64,000 bases of DNA from Akkermansiaceae bacterium (GTDB lineage Bacteria > Verrucomicrobiota > Verrucomicrobiia > Verrucomicrobiales > Akkermansiaceae). Numbering within the stretch: the first letter of the stretch is position 1; every line of letters starts with the position of its first letter. The translations under genes were made by a program, and so were the position numbers. The notes beneath the pieces are model-generated. The model was not told the origin of the DNA. It ran no database searches and saw only the letters and a program-made list of their open reading frames with translations. The stretch lies in contig JBPOGF010000001.1 of the NCBI GenBank assembly GCA_051251915.1, positions 96,001 through 160,000 of the forward strand, written 5' to 3'. Of the stretch, positions 47,979 to 58,471 are shown one piece after another.

Positions 47979-50696
47979 ATGGAAATAGCAGTAGGGCAAC
48001 GATGGGTCAGTGACTCGGAGCCAGAGATGGGACTTGGCATGGTGCTGAGTATCGAAAGTGGGGTGGTGGATATTCTTTTCCCTGCTGTGGAGCAAAGAAG
48101 AATGTATGCAGTAGCTACTGCGCCGCTTAGGCGGGTGGTCTTTGGGGTTGGCGATATGGTGCATACTCATGATGACCAGGAGCTTGAGATTACTGAGGTG
48201 AAGCAGGATGGTGACGTGGTTCTCTACGTGACGCCAGATCGCGTGCTGGAGGAGGGTGAACTTAGCGATAACATGTCATTGAATAAGCCACATGACCGCT
48301 TGCTTGGTGGTGCTGTGGATGATGATAGGAATTTCCGTTTGCGGGTGGAGTCACTGTATAGAAATAGCCAGATTAAGGGTAGTATTCTTAGGGGGTTTAT
48401 GGGTGCTCGTGCGGATCTGATTCCGCATCAGATGTCGATTGTGAGTGAGGTGTCTAAGCGTGTTCGTCCGAGAGTTCTTTTGGCTGATGAAGTTGGTTTA
48501 GGAAAGACTATTGAGGCGTGTATGATTATGCATAGGCTTCATCTAACAGGTCGTGCTGATAGGGTGTTGATTGTACTGCCTGAGAGTTTGGTGCATCAGT
48601 GGTTTGTGGAGCTTCTGCGTAGGTTTAATATGATGTTTAGCCTTTTTGATGAGGAGCGTTGTAAGGCGATAGAGGAGCATAATGCGGTGAATCCGTTTCT
48701 TGATAGTCAGTTGGTGATTACGAGTATTGATTTTCTGACAGCTAACTCTAACAGGTCTGAGCAGGTTCTTGAGGCTGGCTGGGATATGTTGATCGTGGAT
48801 GAGGCGCATCACTTGGAGTGGAGTGAGGATGAGGTGAGTGCTGAGTATGCTTTGGTGGATAAAATTTCTGCTCAAACGGAGGCGGTTTTGCTACTTACTG
48901 CTACTCCGCAACAGCTTGGTCCGGAGGGGCATTTTGCTCGCTTGAGATTGCTGGATAGTGATCGATTTTCTGATTTGAAAGCTTACCTCAAGGAGAGTAA
49001 GGATTATGAGGCTATTGCTAAGTTACTCACTAAGTTGAGTAAGGGAGAGTTGCCGAGTGCTGCTGAGGTTAAGAAATTTGGTAAGCATTCACATCGAGTG
49101 AAAGATGGTATGGATGCGCTGATGGGTGGTGATGAGGAGGTGAGAAATCTGCTTATTGAGAACCTGTTAGATAGTTTTGGTCCAGGTAGGGTGATGTTTA
49201 GGAATACTCGTGATTATCTTTCTGGTTTTCCTGTTAGGAATGCACATTTAGTGGAAGTTGAGGATGAGGGTAAGGTGAAGTGGCTTGCTGGTTTGATTAA
49301 AGAACTAGGGCTTGGGGAAGATGGGGAGAAGATATTGCTGATTGTGAAGACTCGTGGAGATGCTGAGCGTATTGCTTTAGAGTTACAGCAAGAGATCAAT
49401 GTCGAGGTGGCGCTTTTCCATGAGGATCTTACTTTGATTCAGCGAGATAGGAATGCGGCTTACTTTTCTGATGAAGAGGGTGCTCAGGTTTTGCTTTGTA
49501 GTGAGATAGGTAGTGAGGGGAGAAATTTCCAGTTTGCGCATCATTTGGTGTTGTATGATTTACCGGAAGATCCGGAGTTGTTAGAACAACGGATTGGTCG
49601 ATTGGACAGGATAGGACAGAGTGAGGAGATTCATATTCATGTGCCTTATGTGGCGGGTTCTGAAGGTGAAGTTTTGGCTCGTTGGTATCATGAAGGGCTA
49701 GAAGCGTTTGAGCATAATGTTCATGGGGCTACGGAAGTTTACCGTGCTTGTAGTGAGATGTTAGAGTTGCTGAAGATGATGTACAGTAAGGAAGGAATGG
49801 ATGATCTTATTACATTTTCAAGAAAACAGATGAAGGATGTGAAGAAGAAGCTGATGAGCGGGCAGGAGAAGTTGCTGGCTCTGAATTCTTATCGGATCAA
49901 GGATTCGCAGAAGATGATTGACCGGATCGAGGCTGTGGATGGAGATCCTGGGTTTGAGAAGTTCACGTTGAAGTTGTTAGATAATCTTGGTGTTGGCATA
50001 GAAGATATGGGTCCACGGAGCTACTTGCTGACGGTTAGTCATTTGAAGACTGATTTGGCGGCGGATATTCCTGATGAGGGTTTGTCGGTGACTTTTGATA
50101 GGGACTATGCTTTGAGCCGAGAGGATGTGAGGTTTATTAGTATGGATCACCCGTTGGTGCGTAGTGCGCTGGATGTGATGCTGGCTGGTGAGTCTGGTAA
50201 TGCTAGCTTTGGCGTCTGGGAGGGAAGTGGTGAGAAGGGAGTTTACCTTGAGGCGTATTTCGTAGCTGAAGTAGTGGCTCCGCGTTCGCTGCATGTGGAT
50301 AGATTTCTTTCGGCTAAGCCGGTGAGAGTGGCTGTGGATCATAATTTAGCAGATGCTAGTGAAGACATGGGGCTCAGAAAAGTGAGGTTGCGTGAGGGGA
50401 ATCTGAGAAAGTTACTCGGAAACGAGATGCTGAAGAAGAAGCTCATTCCGGCGATGATGGATAAGTGCGAGAAGTTAGCGGAGGCGAAGATGGCGATCAT
50501 TGCTGAAGAAGGCACGGTGCGGATCCAGGAAATCATGGGGGCTGAGCTAAGTCGTCTAGAGGATCTTGCTGAAATCAATACGGCTGTCAGTAGTATAGAA
50601 ATTGACCAATTAAAATCTCAAATAGAGGAGCTACAGGTTGCTGTTAAATCTGCGAGGGTGAGACTGGATGGGCTGAAGTTAGTCTGGCGGACTTAG
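47979..50696 (+). CDS. rapA: RNA polymerase-associated SWI2/SNF2 ATPase RapA (HepA)
   Basis: GQRWVSDSEPEMGLG, LIPHQ, LLADEVGLGKTIEA, VDEAHH, CSEIGSEGRNFQFAHHLV and EQRIGRLDRIGQ. Confidence 0.95.
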   Translation: MEIAVGQRWVSDSEPEMGLGMVLSIESGVVDILFPAVEQRRMYAVATAPLRRVVFGVGDMVHTHDDQELEITEVKQDGDVVLYVTPDRVLEEGELSDNMSLNKPHDRLLGGAVDDDRNFRLRVESLYRNSQIKGSILRGFMGARADLIPHQMSIVSEVSKRVRPRVLLADEVGLGKTIEACMIMHRLHLTGRADRVLIVLPESLVHQWFVELLRRFNMMFSLFDEERCKAIEEHNAVNPFLDSQLVITSIDFLTANSNRSEQVLEAGWDMLIVDEAHHLEWSEDEVSAEYALVDKISAQTEAVLLLTATPQQLGPEGHFARLRLLDSDRFSDLKAYLKESKDYEAIAKLLTKLSKGELPSAAEVKKFGKHSHRVKDGMDALMGGDEEVRNLLIENLLDSFGPGRVMFRNTRDYLSGFPVRNAHLVEVEDEGKVKWLAGLIKELGLGEDGEKILLIVKTRGDAERIALELQQEINVEVALFHEDLTLIQRDRNAAYFSDEEGAQVLLCSEIGSEGRNFQFAHHLVLYDLPEDPELLEQRIGRLDRIGQSEEIHIHVPYVAGSEGEVLARWYHEGLEAFEHNVHGATEVYRACSEMLELLKMMYSKEGMDDLITFSRKQMKDVKKKLMSGQEKLLALNSYRIKDSQKMIDRIEAVDGDPGFEKFTLKLLDNLGVGIEDMGPRSYLLTVSHLKTDLAADIPDEGLSVTFDRDYALSREDVRFISMDHPLVRSALDVMLAGESGNASFGVWEGSGEKGVYLEAYFVAEVVAPRSLHVDRFLSAKPVRVAVDHNLADASEDMGLRKVRLREGNLRKLLGNEMLKKKLIPAMMDKCEKLAEAKMAIIAEEGTVRIQEIMGAELSRLEDLAEINTAVSSIEIDQLKSQIEELQVAVKSARVRLDGLKLVWRT

Positions 50697-50860
50697 ATGG
50701 GTTTGGTCTCTTAGTTTTTGTCTGGCTGGTGGTGTCATGATACATGTTTTTGCGAAGAAAATGTGTATTTGTGATATGTAGTTGTGTGTTTTGCGCGTTT
50801 TTCTGGATTCTGGCTGATTTAGTTTGCAGAGTTTTGTATATGGGCTTCAATTATTGGAGG

Positions 50861-53800
50861 ATGAATATACATAAGAGACCATTTATTTACGCATTTTCAG
50901 CAGTTGTCGCATTGTCTAGTTCTGCAGTTCATGGGCAGAAGAAGATGCTTTCTGGGCGTAAGGCAGCCTTTAGTGTGGCGGAGCAGATTTCTAAGTTTAA
51001 GTTGCCCGAGGGTTTTGTGGTGGAGCTGGTGGCTTCTGAGGAGAACGGGCTGATTAATCCTATTGATTTGACGTTTGATGATGCTGGGCGTTTGTGGACG
51101 CAGACTGCGCGGATGTATCCTTTGGATCCGGTGGCTGGAATTAGGTTTGGTGAAGCGCTGAAGATGATGAAGGATCCTGCACTGGATAAGAAGTATCCTA
51201 GGGTGGCTGAGATACAGCAGTTGTATAAGCTGGAGAAGCGAGGGAAAGATCAGATCTTGATTGTGGAGGATCCGACTAAGCGTAGTGAGGGACCGCTGAA
51301 AGTTTGGGCTGATGGGTTATCTATACCTCAGAGTATCTATCCTTATAAGGATGGTTGTTTTGTGGCGCATGGTTCTGAGTTTTTGTTCTTGGATGATGTG
51401 GATAAGGATGGGAAGCAGGATAAGGTGGAGACTGTGATGAGTGGCTTTGGATTTTTTGATACGCATACGATGGCTCATTCTATTGTTAGGGGGCCTGGTG
51501 GTTATTTGTATTTTACACATGGTGCGCTGAACTCTGGTAAGGTGAAGGTTACTAAAACGGGGCAGGAGCTGGAGGTAACTTATGCTAAGAATTTACGAGC
51601 TAAGATAGATGGTAGTAAGTTGGAGATTATTGGGACTGCTAGAGATAATGTTTGGGGGTATCAGGTGCGCTCAAATGGTCAGTGGTATTCTACTTCTGCG
51701 AATGATAATGGACTTTCAATTTTGCCAACTGAGGAACAGACTGGAATTAGTGGGATAGGTGGAGATTCGATTCGTGATTACCAACCGTTGTTAGATGGGG
51801 TGCATAAGTTCCGTGTGGGGGGAACTGGGATTTCTGGTTTGGCATTTTCTGAGGATGGCGAGTATGGGTTTCCGAAGGAGTGGGAGAACGTGGCATTTCT
51901 AGCGAACCCTATCAACAATAGTATCAGTGCTGTAAAGATAGAGCGTTTGCCATCAGGGGAAGTGAAGGCAGAGCTTGAGCCTGAATTTTTGACATGTGAA
52001 GATGATTGGTTCAGACCGGTGAACATTGAGTTTGGTCCGGATGGCTGTCTTTATATTGCGGATTGGTATAACAAGGTGGTTTCTCATAATGAGATCAGTA
52101 CAGATCACCCAGATAGGGATCGTAAGCATGGTCGTATTTGGAGGATACGACATAAGGATCAGAAGGCTTTTGATATTCCGAATGTAGCTAAGGTGGCGAA
52201 TGGTGAGCTTTTGAAGCATCTCAATGGGAGGACTCTGTGGGAGAAACGTGCTGCTTGGCAGCAGATAGTGGATCGTCAGGCTGTGGAGCTTGCGCCTGAG
52301 TTGAAGAAGCTGGCTGTGGATGCTGCGGTTGATAAGAGTGTGCGGATTCTTGCGATTTGGAGTTTAGAGGGATTGAATGAGTATGATGATGGGATTTTGA
52401 AACAGCTTATTGCGGATAAGGATGGGGATATTGTTAGAGAGGCGATTCGGACGCTTGCGAATTCTAGTTTATCGCCTGAGAAGGTTGCAGCGTATATTGG
52501 GGACCATATTGAGTCTGAGAATGCGATGGTGCGATCACAGAGTATTAGGACTCTTGAGGAGATAGGGAAGGCTGGTGATCATACGATTGATTTGCTGATT
52601 AGGGCTAGTAAGCCGGCTATTGCTGGGACGGGTTTTGGTGGTGCTTATGAGCGTAATTTTGAGAGGTTTTTGGCTCGTAAGGCGTTGGAGAATTACCCTG
52701 AGGAGTTGATTGCTTATCTTGCAACATCAGCAGCTCAGAAGCAACCTGCAGGTAATGTTTTATGGGCTATTCAGGCATTGCCGGCAGATCTTAGAGTTAA
52801 TGTGTTTGTTAAGGTTTGGGATCAAGCTACTAAAGGTGAGATTGATAAGAATACTTTTATTGCTGTGAGTAAGATGCTGGGTAATCCGAAGGTTTTGGAG
52901 GCAGTGAAGGGGACGTTTGTGAAGCGTTCTGCTGAGTTGCTGCCGTTGGCTATTGATAATAAGTCGTTTATTGATGGTCCTGCTGTGTCTCAGTTTTATG
53001 TGAAGCAGATTGCTGGATTGTTTGCGGGTGATGATAAGAAACAGAGTGAGGCACTTGATTTAGTGAATGATTTGCGTGCTCCTCAGCATTTGGATGCTAT
53101 TAAGAAGATATTGGGCTCTAAGGATAAGTCAGGTCTTCATCGGCAGGCTATAGAGGCTTTGGCTCATTCTCCTGGAAATCACTCAGCGCTTTATAAGGCT
53201 GTGGCTGGGGGTAAGGATTACAGTTTTGATGTTAGGCTTCATGCTATGGCTGCGCTTTGTCTTAGTGATGCTAAGGCTGCGGGTGGTGTGATAGCTAAAA
53301 TAGTGCCTACTTTAAGTGATGCGGAGAAGGGTCAGTTGGTAAGGAGACTGAGCTTTAGTAGGCAGGGGAATCAGGCTTTGTTTGGGTTGTGGAGTGCGAA
53401 GAAGGTCAATGTGAGTCATTGGGATTTTCCTTCGGCTCAGAGGTCCGTGAAGTTCTTTAGGAAGCATAAGACGGCTAAGGCGATCTTTGGCCAGTTAAAG
53501 AAAAAAGAGGAGGCTGATAGGAAGGCGCTTACTGAGAGAGTGGAACATTTTTCTAAAGCTGTGAAGCCGCTGAAAGGGAATTCAGAAATGGGTAAGGCGT
53601 TGTTCGGCTCATGTATGGGATGTCATATGGTGGCAGGTGAGGGGCAGAAGATCGCTCCGCCACTTGATGGTTCAGCGGCGCGTGATACTGAGCATCTTTT
53701 GACTGCGATTGTGAATCCTGATGAGGCTTTGGAGTCTGCGTTTGGGCTTTATTATGCAGTTAGAAAAGATGGTCTCGCTGTAGAAGGGTATCTGGCTAAA

Positions 53801-53977
53801 CATGACGATAATGGGATAGTGATTGCTGTGCAGGGCGGACAGGAGACATTCATTGCTAAATCTGAATTGCTTACTCATGGGAGTGTTAGTGGGAGGTCAT
53901 TTATGCCTAGGAGTTTTGGTCAGTTGCCTGATCAGACTATGGCTGATTTGTTGGCTTATATTAAGACGCTGAAGTAG
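50861..53977 (+). CDS. PVC-type membrane-bound dehydrogenase-like beta-propeller / HEAT / cytochrome c (CxxCH) protein
   Basis: FKLPEGFVVELVASE..NPIDLTFDDAGRLW, FRPVNIEFGPDGCLYIADWY, HGRIWRI, CMGCH and SFMP..ADLLAYI; start at ATG 50861 after GGAGG. Confidence 0.88.
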   Translation: MNIHKRPFIYAFSAVVALSSSAVHGQKKMLSGRKAAFSVAEQISKFKLPEGFVVELVASEENGLINPIDLTFDDAGRLWTQTARMYPLDPVAGIRFGEALKMMKDPALDKKYPRVAEIQQLYKLEKRGKDQILIVEDPTKRSEGPLKVWADGLSIPQSIYPYKDGCFVAHGSEFLFLDDVDKDGKQDKVETVMSGFGFFDTHTMAHSIVRGPGGYLYFTHGALNSGKVKVTKTGQELEVTYAKNLRAKIDGSKLEIIGTARDNVWGYQVRSNGQWYSTSANDNGLSILPTEEQTGISGIGGDSIRDYQPLLDGVHKFRVGGTGISGLAFSEDGEYGFPKEWENVAFLANPINNSISAVKIERLPSGEVKAELEPEFLTCEDDWFRPVNIEFGPDGCLYIADWYNKVVSHNEISTDHPDRDRKHGRIWRIRHKDQKAFDIPNVAKVANGELLKHLNGRTLWEKRAAWQQIVDRQAVELAPELKKLAVDAAVDKSVRILAIWSLEGLNEYDDGILKQLIADKDGDIVREAIRTLANSSLSPEKVAAYIGDHIESENAMVRSQSIRTLEEIGKAGDHTIDLLIRASKPAIAGTGFGGAYERNFERFLARKALENYPEELIAYLATSAAQKQPAGNVLWAIQALPADLRVNVFVKVWDQATKGEIDKNTFIAVSKMLGNPKVLEAVKGTFVKRSAELLPLAIDNKSFIDGPAVSQFYVKQIAGLFAGDDKKQSEALDLVNDLRAPQHLDAIKKILGSKDKSGLHRQAIEALAHSPGNHSALYKAVAGGKDYSFDVRLHAMAALCLSDAKAAGGVIAKIVPTLSDAEKGQLVRRLSFSRQGNQALFGLWSAKKVNVSHWDFPSAQRSVKFFRKHKTAKAIFGQLKKKEEADRKALTERVEHFSKAVKPLKGNSEMGKALFGSCMGCHMVAGEGQKIAPPLDGSAARDTEHLLTAIVNPDEALESAFGLYYAVRKDGLAVEGYLAKHDDNGIVIAVQGGQETFIAKSELLTHGSVSGRSFMPRSFGQLPDQTMADLLAYIKTLK

Positions 53978-54102
53978 GGGCTTGGGGTGTCGCTTGTGAC
54001 TGTGATGGTGCAAGCGATTTCTTTTGAGGTTTTCTGCTTCATTTGGCTCTTGATAGTTGTTGTTGAGTTGCGTTTAATCATTGTAATAACATTAACTAAA
54101 AT

Positions 54103-54546
54103 ATGAAAAGACTACTTATACTTGCTATTATCTCGATCTTTGGTGTTAGCTCATTACTTGCTGATGAAGCTCAGCTAAACAAAGAACTTGAGGTGCGGAT
54201 TAAAGCTAATAATATACTCACGAAAGAGTTAACTAAGTATGCTGGGGATTCCAAATTTAAGGCTGAGTTAATTCCTCTAGAAACAAAATCTGGAGTCGCT
54301 TGGACTGAATATTTGAATTTTGTGATCAAGTCCAAGGATGTCAAATTGAAAGCCTATGCTCTGCGAACTGAGTATGTGCAAGAGATTATTAATGCGTATT
54401 ATGATATGGAGTATGAGAAGGATGCAGAGACGGTGGCTTTGTTGGAGAAAAAAATAAAGGATCTTAAGGTGAAGTTGGAGGGGCTTGAGACAACTTATTT
54501 GAAAATAGTAGGAGAGAAGCCAGCGGTAGATGAGAAGTCTAAGTGA
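54103..54546 (+). CDS. Hypothetical exported helical protein
   Basis: Signal peptide MKRLLILAIISIFGVSSLLA; 147 aa. Confidence 0.75.
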   Translation: MKRLLILAIISIFGVSSLLADEAQLNKELEVRIKANNILTKELTKYAGDSKFKAELIPLETKSGVAWTEYLNFVIKSKDVKLKAYALRTEYVQEIINAYYDMEYEKDAETVALLEKKIKDLKVKLEGLETTYLKIVGEKPAVDEKSK

Positions 54547-54603
54547 TGCCTGATCTTTTGCTGCTGTGCAGAACGGGGAGTCACTTGGATTATTGTTAAT
54601 GTT

Positions 54604-55119
54604 ATGGGGCTTTTTAAGGTATGTAAGCCTATCGATTATTCTTCTCAAGGGTGGTTAGAGTATTGTGAGTGGAGGAGGTTTCCGTTTACTTCGTTTGATT
54701 CATTAGATTCATCTCTTAATGAATGTGAGGTTGATAGGGATGATGATGAGTATTGGAGTTATTGTGTTTCTAGAGGTGAGTTTTTGACGGATGTGGTTAA
54801 TGATTTGAGCTATGCTAAGAGTATGGCACGGAGGGTTAAAGCTGATGTTGTTTTACAGTTTGATTTTCTGGATCGTGTTGATGATTCGCTGGGTGTTGTT
54901 GGTTACGATATTTTGGATGGGGCTCTGGATTATTCTTTGTTAACGAATTTTGGGAATGATTTTGCGATTGTGAATAAGCATTTAGGGGGGAATGGATTGA
55001 TTGAAGATAGGGAGAAGGTAGTAGAAATACATCGATGGTTTCTTGAGCATTTAGAGGATGATGGTCATGTTATTGGGTCTGAGGTTTGTGCTGTGTATGG
55101 TAAGATAGTTCTTGAGTAG
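54604..55119 (+). CDS. Hypothetical acidic protein
   Basis: 171-aa ORF co-oriented with neighbours; no motif recognised. Confidence 0.7.
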   Translation: MGLFKVCKPIDYSSQGWLEYCEWRRFPFTSFDSLDSSLNECEVDRDDDEYWSYCVSRGEFLTDVVNDLSYAKSMARRVKADVVLQFDFLDRVDDSLGVVGYDILDGALDYSLLTNFGNDFAIVNKHLGGNGLIEDREKVVEIHRWFLEHLEDDGHVIGSEVCAVYGKIVLE

Positions 55120-55189
55120 ATGGGTGGGTGTGAAATGATCTGTGTAATCAGAGCATTCATGATTATAAACTTATTTTAGGAGAACACTT

Positions 55190-57319
55190 ATGAAATTTTC
55201 ACGGATACCCTCACTTATTGTCTTAGCTAGTATTTTTAATTTGCAAGCAGGGGAGATGCCTGTTCCAAAATGTGTCTATAAACCAACATTTATGACTGGT
55301 TATGATTCATTTACTGGCGGGACTGCATTTATATGTGAAAACCCTGTGGGGCAAGGAAAGATCATGGTTACTGCAATGCATCTATTTGGGCCAGCATGCG
55401 GTTTGGAAGAGCAATATAGTGCAGAGGAAATACCTAAGAATTTTATAGCAGTTACAGGTTTATCAATGAGCAATAATAAGTCGTTTGTGACTTCGGTAGA
55501 GCCCATGATGGTTGTAGGTAGTAATGTAGATGATGAAGACGGTAGTAGTGGGGATATAGCGGCTTATCAATTACCACTGGGATCAAAGGCTGAGTCGTTG
55601 AAACTTTCGGATATTCCTCCTAAAATAGGTGATGTTGTCTACCTGTTTGGGCGGCAAAGAGGCAGAGCTGATCTTCAGAGTATAAAGGCAGTCGTTGAAT
55701 CTGTGAGTGAAGAGGAGATTGTTTACTGGTATGCCTCTAATAAACTTAACATGGCAGGAACTAGTGGGGCTCCTGTTATAAATTCTAAAGGTGAAGTCGT
55801 GGCGCTTAATACAGCTGGAGGAGAACAAGACGGGAAGCTTTATGGATTTGGAAACCCATCTGCTTCAATGATAAACATGTTAAAAAAATCTCAAAATATG
55901 ATAGCAAATAATTTCACAGAATATGCACTTTCGTCCGAACTTAGCCCTGATGCGACCTACACAGTTGAATTGCTCATTGATAGGGCGCGCATTGAATTTG
56001 ATCCTAACTATTGGGATGATTGGAGTGAGCGAAGTGATGCTCGTGAGGCTAAAGGGTACAAGCCGCAGTTTTCTGAAGAGGATGTTAGACCAGCTGAGAA
56101 GGAGCTGAATAAACTTACTTGGCTTAGTTTACAACGGACTAGTGACAAGGAACGTCCCGTCCGCGATTTGAGTGCTTTACGATTACTGCCAGCTCTCGCG
56201 GGGTTAGTAGTATCGAATAACGAGATAACGGATATTTCAGCTATAGGTAGCAGTGTGAATTTAAAGAGACTTATTCTTAGTAGGAATCCTATTAGTGATA
56301 TTTCAGCTCTAAAGAATTGTATGGAGATTGAAGACTTGGAACTGGTGGAAATGCCTATCGAAGATTTCTCAGTTTTAGAAAAGTTATCAAATTTACGTGA
56401 ACTTACGATATCTGCCGAACAGATACCTGCCTTTAAGAAACTTAAACGATTAGAGTATCTTACAAAGCTTGAGATACAGGGAGACAGTTTTGATTCCTTT
56501 AAAGAGTTTCCTGATATGCCCAATTTAAGGGTGATACGAGGAGCTGAAGTGAAGAGTCTTGTAGGGTTAGAAAAATTTACGAAGCTTGAGAATTTAGTGA
56601 ATTTCTCAGGTGATTTTGATACGCTCGAACCTTTAGCTAACTTGAAAGCTTTGACTCATATCAATATTACAAGTCCTGCTGTAAGTTCATTGAAGCCTCT
56701 CTCAGGTCTACTAGCGTTACGTGATCTTTGGCTAAATACTGATAACCCGAACATTGATTTGAGTCCTTTAGGTTCACTTCCTGCGCTTCATGATCTTACT
56801 GTGAAGCATAATAGAGAAGAGGTTAAGTCGCTGAAAAGCTTCAAGGCAACACTTGAGTCTTGGGATATTGAGTTTCTTGCTCCAGAAGCTAGGTATACTC
56901 CATCACTTGAGATGGAAGTAGTAGATCAGAAGACCTTTGATGTTTTTGACACTGTGAAGCCCTTTAATGTAAACAAATTAGATGTGAACGAGGGGTTGTT
57001 AACTTCTGAGTTGGAATGGCTTGATGAGAGAATTGAGGATGTTCTCTCAATCGACTTTGAAGAGGGTGAGGATTACACGATTCCTTTTCAGTGGGGTGGG
57101 GCGCGATCAAGAACGGTTGTTCTGTTGAGCGAAGAAGCGGTTGATGCATTTCCTCGGCTAGTATTAGGTATTCAGAAAGTGCTGTCTACTGCGAAGAAAG
57201 ATTGGATTATCTATTTTCAATCTGAAGATGATGATTTTATCGTATGGATCTATCCTGATAAGATCATGGTGACAAAGGAGTATGAGAAAAAGGTGAGGAA
57301 GCTGATCAAACCTAACTAG
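55190..57319 (+). CDS. Trypsin-like serine protease fused to an internalin-like leucine-rich-repeat protein
   Basis: Signal peptide; triad TAMH / GDIA / GTSGAP; LRRs (LxxLxLsxNxIxDISAL) from about aa 320. Confidence 0.8.
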   Translation: MKFSRIPSLIVLASIFNLQAGEMPVPKCVYKPTFMTGYDSFTGGTAFICENPVGQGKIMVTAMHLFGPACGLEEQYSAEEIPKNFIAVTGLSMSNNKSFVTSVEPMMVVGSNVDDEDGSSGDIAAYQLPLGSKAESLKLSDIPPKIGDVVYLFGRQRGRADLQSIKAVVESVSEEEIVYWYASNKLNMAGTSGAPVINSKGEVVALNTAGGEQDGKLYGFGNPSASMINMLKKSQNMIANNFTEYALSSELSPDATYTVELLIDRARIEFDPNYWDDWSERSDAREAKGYKPQFSEEDVRPAEKELNKLTWLSLQRTSDKERPVRDLSALRLLPALAGLVVSNNEITDISAIGSSVNLKRLILSRNPISDISALKNCMEIEDLELVEMPIEDFSVLEKLSNLRELTISAEQIPAFKKLKRLEYLTKLEIQGDSFDSFKEFPDMPNLRVIRGAEVKSLVGLEKFTKLENLVNFSGDFDTLEPLANLKALTHINITSPAVSSLKPLSGLLALRDLWLNTDNPNIDLSPLGSLPALHDLTVKHNREEVKSLKSFKATLESWDIEFLAPEARYTPSLEMEVVDQKTFDVFDTVKPFNVNKLDVNEGLLTSELEWLDERIEDVLSIDFEEGEDYTIPFQWGGARSRTVVLLSEEAVDAFPRLVLGIQKVLSTAKKDWIIYFQSEDDDFIVWIYPDKIMVTKEYEKKVRKLIKPN

Positions 57320-57332
57320 TGAAAGAAACAAT

Positions 57333-57722
57333 ATGAAATTGAATTTAACTGTTCTAAGGTCTTCTGATATGGAGGCACTTGCGAAATTTTATAGTGCTTT
57401 GTTTGAGCGGGAATTAGAGAAGCATAGGCATGGGAAGGGGCCTGAGCATTTTGGGACTGAGTTAGGGGAGCTTGTTTTTGAGATTTATCCTCAGAGAAGT
57501 GAAGCAGATGATACTACTTCTGTGAGGCTTGGTTATTTAGTGGATAGTATAGAGAGTGTGTTAGATAGAATTAGTGGGTTTGCTTTTACTGTTGTGTCAG
57601 AAGCTAAAGATTCAGCTTGGGGAAAGAGAATGGTATTGGATGATCCGGAGGGGCATCGGATGGAGTTAACGGAATCAAATAGCAAAGAACAAAAGATGCA
57701 GGATAATATGGAGTTAAGCTAA
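57333..57722 (+). CDS. VOC / glyoxalase-bleomycin-resistance family protein
   Basis: LNLTVLRSSDME...FYS, HGKGPEH, FEIYP and WGKRMVLDDPEGHRMEL. Confidence 0.88.
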   Translation: MKLNLTVLRSSDMEALAKFYSALFERELEKHRHGKGPEHFGTELGELVFEIYPQRSEADDTTSVRLGYLVDSIESVLDRISGFAFTVVSEAKDSAWGKRMVLDDPEGHRMELTESNSKEQKMQDNMELS

Positions 57723-58102
57723 TGAAGCCTATTGAATCAAGTGATGAGGCCATTTATCCTCTATGGGATAGCTTTGGGATTCGGCTTATAGATTTTCGAC
57801 CGAATTGGGATGGTGATTATGTTAATGTATTTACTTGTGTTGAGCCTCAGGTGACCGAGGAGGTTACGGAGGAGATGATGAAGGATTGTGCTAGGCAGCT
57901 TGCAAGATGGATATTGGAAAATAAGGATGGATTTGGTAAGGATGATAGATTTTTAATCATCATAGGTTGGCCTAAGTCTTTTCGTGAAGCTGGTAGACAG
58001 GTTATTAGGACTGGTGGGACTTATGAGGAGTTAAGTGGTGTTGTTAGTGGGGATACTTCTTTAGTGATGAAAAAGGGGTGGAGTAAGGGTGTCTTTAACT
58101 AG
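57722..58102 (+). CDS. Hypothetical protein
   Basis: 126-aa ORF with a TAATG overlap to the VOC gene. Confidence 0.7.
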   Translation: MKPIESSDEAIYPLWDSFGIRLIDFRPNWDGDYVNVFTCVEPQVTEEVTEEMMKDCARQLARWILENKDGFGKDDRFLIIIGWPKSFREAGRQVIRTGGTYEELSGVVSGDTSLVMKKGWSKGVFN

Positions 58103-58242
58103 TAGGTGGAGAATAGATTACAGTCGTGGTAAGTAGAGCTTATGTTGTATGTGGTTTGGGAATTTGAATAGAGATTGAGTTATCAAAGTCTGTAGCATGG
58201 TCATGAGCGTTAACGAAGTTTGAAAGTCAGTGACGGCTGAGG

Positions 58243-58335
58243 TTGGCCTTCAGCCAACGAGGTTTTGGGATGGGGTTTACATAGGGAGTCGCTGCGCTCA
58301 ACCCTATGCTTTATATGATTTTAGCCTTCAGCTAA
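58243..58335. repeat. REP-like three-hairpin intergenic element (copy 2)
   Basis: TTGGC-cttca-GCCAA, CATAGGG..CCCTATG and TTAGC-cttca-GCTAA hairpins. Confidence 0.65.
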
Positions 58336-58452
58336 ACGGGTTTTGAGAAGCGGTGTGATAAAAATTACAAAGGGGGATAAAGGTCAGGGATAATCCTTAG
58401 GATTTGTAGCTGTTATCCCTTCAGGATATTTGGATGATTTTGTGTAGGGTTT

Positions 58453-58470
58453 ACCGACGGGGACGTCGGT
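58453..58470. repeat. GC-rich palindrome next to the uvrA stop
   Basis: ACCGACG-ggga-CGTCGGT. Confidence 0.6.
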
Positions 58471-58471
58471 G

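Noticed and set aside
54103..58470. Integron cassette array
   Set aside because: No attC-like RYYYAAC..GTTRRRY elements between the genes and no integrase
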